IMG/VR virus record: IMGVR_UViG_3300043178_000177
Coordinates: 1-46,631 of that record
Origin: a virus
Taxonomy: Duplodnaviria > Caudoviricetes
Length of the DNA stretch: 46,631 nt
Reading direction: 5' to 3' (one strand)
The notes under the pieces are model-generated. The model was given only the letters and a program-made list of their open reading frames with translations. It was not told the DNA's origin and ran no database searches. The position numbers were made by a program, and so were the translations under genes. Shown piece by piece: positions 24,156 through 31,750 of this stretch; within the stretch, counting starts at the first letter, position 1, and each line of letters begins with the position of its first letter.

Positions 24156-27122
24156 TCACTTTCTAGCGGCAAGGCGCCGCTTCATCATTCCCGCTACCTC
24201 GTGCTGATAGTACATGGCGACGCTCAAGTCCGAATCTGCCAACTGCTGAACAGCGAAACAGAACGAAGCGCCCATCATCGAATCCCGATCCGACACGAAG
24301 AAGGACTTCGCGGCAGCATTCCGCGCGATCTCAATCAGTCTGTCGGCCTTCAAACTAGTGTCAAGGAACGCTCTCTGAAACTCCTTCCCCAACGCTGGTC
24401 CCGCTTGAGCCATGTCGAAACGGAACTGACAAGGCGAGTCGCACATCCGACAGCCCGGGTAAGGCAACGCGTCTACCGTTTCCAGCTGTCTGCATCTCGA
24501 TTGGAAGTCCTGGATCATGTCCGGTGGGATGCTGGCCAATCCATCATGGACATCGTTCAGGATTCGCGCCATCGAACATGCTGATGCGATCATCCATTCC
24601 ACGTCCCGATACGGCCAGCTTCGGAATTCGCCTCGTCGCTCGATGTCGTTCTCAGCGATTGCGACAAACGAGCAGAACGGAGGAGCCAGCGCGCCCGATC
24701 GTGCCCCTCTTTGGGTGAGTTGACGGAACTCCGCGAAAGCCGACGCGGTGGCAGGCGTACTGAGCCTTAATGCGTTGAAGACTCGCCTAAACGAATCGAG
24801 AAGTGGTCGGTCCCACTCGCGAGGAATAGATGCACAACCACGCGGTGAAGGTACTGGGCACGACTTACATGCTTCGTAAGGTAGCAGCGCCGCCGGTTCG
24901 GTTTGGACACCACCAGGCGAGGCTGACCGCATTTCATCATTCGACACGACGCGGTCGTTCTTGCGGTCTGACAGGGGGACGCGGATGAGCACGGCCTTGC
25001 GCGTGTGCTCAGTCCATGCGACAGCCTCCCCAGTTGTCAGTGTGGCGAGATGGCGGACTTGGGCATCCGTGAGATTCACTGCCTTACCCATTAGTTCACG
25101 ATCATCAGGGGAAACCAGTCTGTGAATCAGCTTGAGCCCGCTGTTCTTGACGACGTCTGGCGTCAATTTGACGGGTATTTGTTCAGCGACCAAGATGCCT
25201 TCTCCGAAAGCTCGGATTTCGGAAAGGATATTCGCAAAGACCTCGATGGCCCGACCCTTTGGATTCGCAGACACCTCGCCTCCCTGTTCTGTGGAGACGT
25301 TCCTCAGGAGTCGGTGGGCCTCCTCGATAAGGGTCAAGTGAATAAGACCGCTCACCGAGCGCTGGCGCGCTTCATGATACTCGTATAGGCGGATCAAGAC
25401 CAAGCCGATGATGAATGCCTTTTCGTCATCGCTAACGATTTGCTTGAGCTCCAGGATGCACGGGGATTCGAAGAGCACCGAGTCGCTGACGGACCGCCTG
25501 GTGTCGAACATCGTGCCCTTGCCCCCACCAAGCCGCAGTTGATTGATCCGCGCCAACAAACCAGCTTTGACGTCCATCGCGATGCGCTGCTCGTAACCCA
25601 TTCGATCCACCACTGCGGGAATCTTCGCAGCGAGATCAGACAGATTCGGATAGGCTCTGGTTGATTCGATCCCTCGAGAATTCGTGTTCCTGGCTACATC
25701 CCACCCGCGATCCTCATAGATCTCCTGGATGCTTTGTTCAAGGACATATGGCATCGGCGGGTAGAGCACGAACGCCGCGGAGAACAACGACTTCAGGTAG
25801 TCGATGTGCGTCTGAACCAGAATGCCCTTAGGCACCTCGAAGGGGTTGAGGCGCAGCGGCAAAATCGTATCGTCCCCTACCGTGAAAAGCCGGACGCCGC
25901 GGAACCTCTGCTCGCCAGCCAGGGCGCGATACTCGGACTTGGCTGACTCAACGACGAGAAATGGCACACCCTTTCCGCCGTCCCAGACCTGGTCAAGAAG
26001 CCAGAAACACGAGTTCGTCTTGCCGCTCCCAGTAATCCCAACGACCAGTCCGTGCTTCGTGAGGTCATCCCGAGACACACTGAGCCAGTTCCCGGTAATG
26101 CTCCCTCGGTCGACTATTTCGCCAATCTTAACGGGCTGGTCCATCTCCAACCGGGGAGGTTCCACACCAAACCGCGCGTGTTCCACCAATTCGAACCCCG
26201 GGAAGTCTTCCTGGGGCAGACGTATCAGCGCTGCGACTTCACTGGTGGTCAACGGCTCAACCCTGGGACCTTGCTGTGTTTGTGGGTTGGAGGGGCGAAC
26301 CCGAACAGGATCAGGTAGTGAGTCCTCGCCGGAGAACGCCGCCTGCAGGAAATGACGCGCACGAGGGATTAGGGCGGGCTGGTCAGTGAAGAGGCAGCAC
26401 CGAGTATCCCACATCCCCGACAGTCGGCCGCGTTCAAACCGCTTAAGCTTGGCTTCCAGGAGTTCGACGTATCTTTGAGCGGTGCGATTCTCTTCGTCGA
26501 TCGGGCTGGTTTTCAACAAGTAATTCGCGCGTACCTCTTTGACCCTCTCGGAGAGCTCGTTAATACTTCTCGTAGTTTCTGCCGGCTCGTGTGGACTGGC
26601 GGCGACGACATAGAGCCAACTGGCTCCAAACAGACCTCGGCAGAGCTTCTCAAGTTGCTCGCGGCGCTGCTGGCTGTCGGGCCGCGTCCTTTGGCTCGGC
26701 GTAGGTGTACCAGTCACAACCACCGCATGCCGTAGCGATTCGAATGACCGGACATCTACCGAGGCGGAACCAAAGCGCACATCTCCAAAGTTGCTACGTA
26801 GTAAGGATTCCAGGGAGGTGCAGTCCACGAATCTGGGGTCCGTCGCAAACCAGCACTGGATCTCGCTCGGAAGGCCTCGCAGGAAGAACGACCAAGTGCA
26901 CCCTTGTCCGAAGAGGCCGCCAACAAAGTCTTCTGTGCTTTGGAAGAGACCTACGAGATCAACAGAATTTCCGTTTTTCCAGAACTCCGCCATCCGGACG
27001 AGCCTGACGGACGTCATTCCCCTGATGTAGTCTGCTGCGCTGACAAACGGGAAACTAGCGTTCTCCAGATCACCTCTGGTGATCTCGAAGATCTCGCCGA
27101 AGAGTGCGGCCGCGGAGGTCAT
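24156..27122 (-). CDS. HerA/FtsK-superfamily ATPase (DUF87-like) with N- and C-terminal extensions
   Basis: HGLVVGITGSGKT, VESAKSEY, LRLNPF, LIEEAHRLL, EIRAFGEGILVAEQIP, KNSGLKLIHRL; ATGA overlap at 27119-27122 fixes the start. Confidence 0.9.
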   Translation of the reverse strand: MTSAAALFGEIFEITRGDLENASFPFVSAADYIRGMTSVRLVRMAEFWKNGNSVDLVGLFQSTEDFVGGLFGQGCTWSFFLRGLPSEIQCWFATDPRFVDCTSLESLLRSNFGDVRFGSASVDVRSFESLRHAVVVTGTPTPSQRTRPDSQQRREQLEKLCRGLFGASWLYVVAASPHEPAETTRSINELSERVKEVRANYLLKTSPIDEENRTAQRYVELLEAKLKRFERGRLSGMWDTRCCLFTDQPALIPRARHFLQAAFSGEDSLPDPVRVRPSNPQTQQGPRVEPLTTSEVAALIRLPQEDFPGFELVEHARFGVEPPRLEMDQPVKIGEIVDRGSITGNWLSVSRDDLTKHGLVVGITGSGKTNSCFWLLDQVWDGGKGVPFLVVESAKSEYRALAGEQRFRGVRLFTVGDDTILPLRLNPFEVPKGILVQTHIDYLKSLFSAAFVLYPPMPYVLEQSIQEIYEDRGWDVARNTNSRGIESTRAYPNLSDLAAKIPAVVDRMGYEQRIAMDVKAGLLARINQLRLGGGKGTMFDTRRSVSDSVLFESPCILELKQIVSDDEKAFIIGLVLIRLYEYHEARQRSVSGLIHLTLIEEAHRLLRNVSTEQGGEVSANPKGRAIEVFANILSEIRAFGEGILVAEQIPVKLTPDVVKNSGLKLIHRLVSPDDRELMGKAVNLTDAQVRHLATLTTGEAVAWTEHTRKAVLIRVPLSDRKNDRVVSNDEMRSASPGGVQTEPAALLPYEACKSCPVPSPRGCASIPREWDRPLLDSFRRVFNALRLSTPATASAFAEFRQLTQRGARSGALAPPFCSFVAIAENDIERRGEFRSWPYRDVEWMIASACSMARILNDVHDGLASIPPDMIQDFQSRCRQLETVDALPYPGCRMCDSPCQFRFDMAQAGPALGKEFQRAFLDTSLKADRLIEIARNAAAKSFFVSDRDSMMGASFCFAVQQLADSDLSVAMYYQHEVAGMMKRRLAARK

Positions 27123-27859
27123 TGAGGTTTGATGCGAATGTCCGACCTGATTCGTTTGTTGTAGCCCCGCCTGAACAACAGCGTTCCGTTGCGCTCCCAT
27201 CCCTCAGCCAGAATGTCGTCGCCGACACTCACGCTCCCAGAGATCAACTGACCTTTCATACGCACCAAGGTCTCCTGGCCGGAGGCGTCACGAACGCGGA
27301 TGTCCCTGACTGGGACGTTCGCGATCGGTCCGATCAGGCGCCGGGTCAGCATGAAACTGATGACTTGAACAGCCACACCCGAGAGAAGTCCCTGGGGGAG
27401 GATCTTCGAAACGAGCCATGCGAAAACTAGCAGAACCCCTAAGGCCAGTAGAATGATCAAACCATAGAAATAGACGGCAGCGCCGAGCACCGCGAGTTTG
27501 AGCAGGAACCGGCCCCCACGGAAGTCCGGTGTGGCCATATACATCGGCTCAACTTGGATCACGCGCCCGTCAAGGGTGCGCCACCCGAGTGGCCCTAAGG
27601 CCGAACTTCCAGACGCACCCTGGGTGGCCGCCGGGCTGGGGGTTGCGGCAGGAGCCGTGGCCGCTCGCGCTGTCTGGGGCGGCTGAGCCTGCACCGTTTG
27701 AACGGATGCAGACCTCGGCGGGGCCGCCATGATTGTCGGCGGTGGGCCCTTGCCAGGAGGCGGTGTCGCTCCCGTCAGGCTCGCACCACAAGACTGGCAC
27801 GTGGTCGTCCCCATGGGATTGACCAGACCGCAGCGGAGGCACTTGTATGGCGTCCTCAA
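27119..27859 (-). CDS. Zinc-ribbon + Pro/Ala linker + membrane hairpin + beta-rich C-terminal domain protein
   Basis: CLRCG...CQSCG; long hydrophobic stretch FLLKLAVLG...VFAWLV; coupled to the HerA gene. Confidence 0.82.
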   Translation of the reverse strand: MRTPYKCLRCGLVNPMGTTTCQSCGASLTGATPPPGKGPPPTIMAAPPRSASVQTVQAQPPQTARAATAPAATPSPAATQGASGSSALGPLGWRTLDGRVIQVEPMYMATPDFRGGRFLLKLAVLGAAVYFYGLIILLALGVLLVFAWLVSKILPQGLLSGVAVQVISFMLTRRLIGPIANVPVRDIRVRDASGQETLVRMKGQLISGSVSVGDDILAEGWERNGTLLFRRGYNKRIRSDIRIKPQ

Positions 27860-27902
27860 CTTGCTGACTCCTATCGGCTTAAAGCGGTGCCGTCTCGGAG
27901 CG

Positions 27903-27937
27903 ATTATACGTCAGATAGCACCAGCGGGCGCAAGCGA
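27903..27937 (-). promoter_or_regulatory. Putative internal promoter (TCGCTTGCGC...TATAAT)
   Basis: Perfect TATAAT at 27903-27908; the same 10-mer recurs at 23375-23384. Confidence 0.4.
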
Positions 27938-27945
27938 GGTGCCGG

Positions 27946-29691
27946 TTATTTTGACTTTGGGCGGTTGGAGGGGGAGTCCGCTGTTCTTTGGCCGCCCCGT
28001 CTCGGCGTCTCCCCCATGCTGTGCCTAGTGGGCTGGCCCCGAAGGCCAGCCCAGCCAGGACCACGGATGACTCGGCCAGGATTGGCATCTGTGGGACCGT
28101 CCGGATCTACAACCGGCACACCATTTACCAGAACCCATCTAATGCCGGATGGTGCCTCGAGCGGATGATCATAAGAGCTCTTGTCCGCGATGGATTGCGG
28201 GTCAAAGACGGTCAGATCCGCCGCGGCGCCTATTCGAATCCGACCGCGGTCGGGGAGGCCAAAAATGTCCGCCGCCAGCGCGGTCATCTTCTTTAGTGCA
28301 TCCTCCATCGAGAAGGCCTGCTTGTCCCGGACGAACTGACCGAGGATGCGCGGGAAGTTGCCAATTCCGCGCGGATGCACAAAACGGAGATCACCGCCGC
28401 GCACGGAGCTGTCCGTCCCGATTGAGCACTGAGGATGACGTAGGATCGTCAGTACGTCGTCTTCACTCATTGTGAAGTAGATCATCTGGGCACCGCCGCG
28501 GGCCAGGAGTGCAAGAACTGTCTCCGCTTGAGCTTCGGTCGTTAGGACGCCGGCCTTGGATGCCAGGCCGAGACGAACGGCCACCTCCGGAATTGCCAAT
28601 CCTTCAAGGCTGTGATCCCGATGGAAGTATGCGATCCGCGCGAATGAATAGTCGCTAAAACCGTCATCCTTCAGCTGCGCCAGCATCCCAGAGACGGCTT
28701 GGCTCTTCCGGCGCGGGTCTTTGAGAATGGCTCGGTAGGGTGTCGCAGGCCCGCGGAACCCGGGCGGCATCAGAATGTCCAACGAGGTCGAAGAGGCCGT
28801 GTAAGCGTAGGCGTCGATAGTAACTCGCGTTCCGGACGATCGTGCCGCATCGATTCGTCGCAGCAGATCTGATGCACGCCCCCAAAGTGAACGGGATGCG
28901 ACCTTCATGTGAGAGACGTGAACAGGGATGCCAGCTTGCCTCCCTATCCTCAATGCTTCGTCCAGGGCTGGACCTACGTGGAGACCCTCATCGCGCAGGT
29001 GAGTGGCGTAAAGTCCCTGGTGGCTGGCAGCAGCTCGTGCTAACGCGACGAGTTCGCCTTCACGGGCATAGTTGCCAGGGGCATAGGCCAGGCCAGTCGA
29101 AAGGCCAAATGCGCCCTCGATCATGGCTCCTTTTACCCGCCCGCTCATCCGTTCAACTTCTTCACCGGATGCCGGCCTTGCAGCTGCTCCGATGACGCTT
29201 TCCCGAATCGTGTTGTGCCCGACGAGGGTGGCCACATTGACTTGGCTTCCGTGGCTGTCGAGACCTCCGAGAAGTTGACCAATGTTCCGAGCGGACGTTC
29301 CGCAATTCCCCGTGACCAGGGTCGTCACCCCCATTCGCACGAAGTTCGGTGCTCGGAACGATCGCCCTGTTGGGATGTTCCTCTCGACGTGCGCGTGCAG
29401 GTCTATGAAGCCAGGGGCAATTACGAGACCGCTGGCACGGACGCGTTTCTTTGTTGAGGCCCACCGTAGCCGTCCTAAATGGGCAACCAAGCCATCCCGA
29501 ACTCCCACACATGGAGCCGCGATCCACTGGTCTCCATCGAAGATCCGGTCGCCGCACAGGACGACGTCGAATCGCCCATGCCTCAAACGAAACCACCAGA
29601 TCCCCCAAACCAGGAGGAGAATGATGATGGCCGAGAGGATCGAAAGCAGGGTTCGCCGGCGGAGCCGCGTTCCAGGGAGTATGCTCGGCAT
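27946..29691 (-). CDS. N-acyl-D-amino-acid deacylase family amidohydrolase with N-terminal membrane anchor
   Basis: APGFIDLHAH, GVTTLVTGNCG, GLSTGLAYAPG, THLRDE, SHMK, GTD, HPRGIGNFPR, GAAADLTVFDP; N-terminal RRR followed by a TM helix. Confidence 0.92.
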   Translation of the reverse strand: MPSILPGTRLRRRTLLSILSAIIILLLVWGIWWFRLRHGRFDVVLCGDRIFDGDQWIAAPCVGVRDGLVAHLGRLRWASTKKRVRASGLVIAPGFIDLHAHVERNIPTGRSFRAPNFVRMGVTTLVTGNCGTSARNIGQLLGGLDSHGSQVNVATLVGHNTIRESVIGAAARPASGEEVERMSGRVKGAMIEGAFGLSTGLAYAPGNYAREGELVALARAAASHQGLYATHLRDEGLHVGPALDEALRIGRQAGIPVHVSHMKVASRSLWGRASDLLRRIDAARSSGTRVTIDAYAYTASSTSLDILMPPGFRGPATPYRAILKDPRRKSQAVSGMLAQLKDDGFSDYSFARIAYFHRDHSLEGLAIPEVAVRLGLASKAGVLTTEAQAETVLALLARGGAQMIYFTMSEDDVLTILRHPQCSIGTDSSVRGGDLRFVHPRGIGNFPRILGQFVRDKQAFSMEDALKKMTALAADIFGLPDRGRIRIGAAADLTVFDPQSIADKSSYDHPLEAPSGIRWVLVNGVPVVDPDGPTDANPGRVIRGPGWAGLRGQPTRHSMGETPRRGGQRTADSPSNRPKSK

Positions 29692-29694
29692 CGC

Positions 29695-30906
29695 CTATTT
29701 GCAGATCCGCTGAATGCGACGATTAACCCACTCGCGGTCAAATGATGTGCGAGTCTGATTGGCGGCAAGTGAAAGCGCGGCACGATACTCCGCGCAGGCT
29801 TCCGGGAAACTCCTCTTCCGGTCATACAGTTGTCCGAGCAGGAAGCGTGATCCGGAGCGATTCGGATTGAGTCGAACGGCAGCCTGGTATTCTGACTCCG
29901 ACTCAGCGAGGCGGTTCTGCTCCAAGAACAAGCCAGCCAAGTTCTGGCGAGGGAAAATCCAATTGGGATCTGCCTGCGCCGCACGTCTGTAGTACTCCTC
30001 CGCACACTGATAATTGCGCTGATTTCGGCATGCTCTTCCGATTCCGTTCAACACCAGCGCCCAGTCCGGCTTGTGCCCCAACGCAGCGCGAAACAGCTGC
30101 TCGGCTTCGACGAAATGATTTGCGAGCAGTTCCGTCTGACCATGCGCGAATTTAGCTCGAGCTTGCACATCATTGTCGGCGGGTTCCATTTCGCCTGACC
30201 ACGCGGCCAGCTTTTGGACGTCGGACCAGCGAGTACCTTCTCCAAGGTCCGAATCTTGATACCAGCGGCCAAAGAGGTCGTCAAGCCGCTTGCGTACGAC
30301 CGGGCGCGCCTGTTCTCTCATCTTCTGAACACGTGTGCTGGTGGGACCTCTGCCGTGAAGTTCCACGGAGTACAATTCGAGTGCGCTAGCCCCATCGGTG
30401 CCGACCAGCTTGCCATTTGCCAGCGCGCCTTCATACTTCCGCATGGTGGCTCCTGAAAACCACCACCAAAGGCCCGCCGCAACGACCAGTACAACGACAC
30501 CCAATCCTGCGATGAGCGGTAGGGAGATTGTACGCTTCGCAATGTATGGGGGCGGTACCGGCTCTGCAACTTCCGTAGGAATCGAAGTCGGTCCAGCGGG
30601 AAGTTCCCTGGCAGCTGCCACACTGGCCGTAACCTGCTCCACTGGTCTGCTCGGTGCCACCGTCGGAGTGCTGGCCGCGTGCTCGACAACTTGGTGCGCT
30701 ACTGAGGGAACCGTTTGAGGCTGACATCTCGGACACAAGGGTTGGCCGGTGGGCACGCTAAGCCCGCAACTTGTGCAGACAGCCACTTGTGCTGGTGCTG
30801 GCGGCGACGGGGCGGCCTCCCTTGCGGCTGCCAAGCTAGCTCCACACCCTTTGCAGAACATCGCGTGGGGCTTGTTCTCCGTTCCGCATTGCTGACATTG
30901 AGGCAT
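29695..30906 (-). CDS. Double zinc-ribbon + Pro-rich linker + single TM + TPR protein
   Basis: CQQC...CKGC, CTSC...CPRC; TM LPLIAGLGVVVLVVAAGLWWWF; about 4 TPRs; start may lie further upstream at 30969. Confidence 0.88.
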   Translation of the reverse strand: MPQCQQCGTENKPHAMFCKGCGASLAAAREAAPSPPAPAQVAVCTSCGLSVPTGQPLCPRCQPQTVPSVAHQVVEHAASTPTVAPSRPVEQVTASVAAARELPAGPTSIPTEVAEPVPPPYIAKRTISLPLIAGLGVVVLVVAAGLWWWFSGATMRKYEGALANGKLVGTDGASALELYSVELHGRGPTSTRVQKMREQARPVVRKRLDDLFGRWYQDSDLGEGTRWSDVQKLAAWSGEMEPADNDVQARAKFAHGQTELLANHFVEAEQLFRAALGHKPDWALVLNGIGRACRNQRNYQCAEEYYRRAAQADPNWIFPRQNLAGLFLEQNRLAESESEYQAAVRLNPNRSGSRFLLGQLYDRKRSFPEACAEYRAALSLAANQTRTSFDREWVNRRIQRICK

Positions 30907-31024
30907 GACGGTCACTCTCCCGCGAATCCTGATTCTAGCCTCTATCGGAACTTGGGCTCGTGCGGTCACCAGTGTGTCGCCGTGTCCCGCTGGTCAACCG
31001 GGCGGCCTCCAGTCCAGAAGCTTA

Positions 31025-31053
31025 ACAATACTTAAATCCCTGATTCTGCGCAA
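31025..31053 (-). promoter_or_regulatory. Putative promoter at head of cargo operon
   Basis: TTGCGC-17 nt-TATTGT in a local AT-rich patch. Confidence 0.35.
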
Positions 31054-31400
31054 GGTTGAACCGTCTACGGGTGACCGTCGCATGTGGACACCGCGCGGGC
31101 CGCCCGGCGTAATCACATGCGGCATCGGAGCGGATTGAGATTCGAGGGACCGTATCTCACTGCTGGCTTCGTCTCGCCTCGACTCCTCAGTAAGCGCGCA
31201 TTACAGACCTCGGCACGGACCACGGCTCCCCGGCGTTTGCTGCCGATACGAGGCCCGCACCGGGCCTATTCTGGGGGTCCTTCCTAATTGAGTTCCTGAG
31301 CCTCAATTGGGAGGTGCGCTCGTCTTCAGCCTTGTGATAACGTGCTGGGCGTGTTCGCCTTCGTCGTCAATGGCACACGAGCACTCAAGGAGGCAGTGAA

Positions 31401-31571
31401 GTGGCGACCTGTAGAGAATGCCAAGGAAAGGGCTCAGTTCCCTGTCCCGATTGTAAAGGGAAGGGCAAAAAGGATCACGGAAGCTGGTCGACCGACTGGA
31501 GGGAATGCAAGCTCTGTTCGGGATCAGGCAGGAAGAAGTGTGGCGTGTGCAACGGGAAGGGAACGATCTGA
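31401..31571 (+). CDS. Stand-alone DnaJ-type zinc finger, 56 aa, four CxxCxGxG repeats
   Basis: Read by hand: MATCRECQGKGSVPCPDCKGKGKKDHGSWSTDWRECKLCSGSGRKKCGVCNGKGTI; AAGGAGG RBS 7 nt before GTG; not in the ORF track. Confidence 0.9.
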   Translation: MATCRECQGKGSVPCPDCKGKGKKDHGSWSTDWRECKLCSGSGRKKCGVCNGKGTI

Positions 31572-31750
31572 ACACGCTCCCGCCGTCCAGAGACATCGAG
31601 GAGCTGGGGATTCTACCCGCCAGCCGGGATCGCCTTCTTCCGGAGTTTCGGCTTGGCGGGACCTCCTTCCGCTTTGGCTCTGACGTGGGTACGCGGTACG
31701 CGTTAACTGTGGTCCGACGTTAGTCAGTGTGGTTGGTTTGTCTTTTGGGA

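Noticed and set aside
24156-27200. HerA as part of Sir2-HerA/Nezha, HerA-DUF4297 or NurA-HerA; longer 1014-aa start
   Set aside because: No SIR2, NurA or nuclease partner adjacent; ATGA coupling supports the start at 27122
31280-31314. 13-bp stem (two G-U pairs) as an intrinsic terminator
   Set aside because: No U-tract and it lies between divergent genes; could be an operator but unsupported
31342-31723. ORF-track calls 31342-31683 and 31505-31723
   Set aside because: The third frame (31401-31571) encodes a clear 4x CxxCxGxG protein with a perfect RBS
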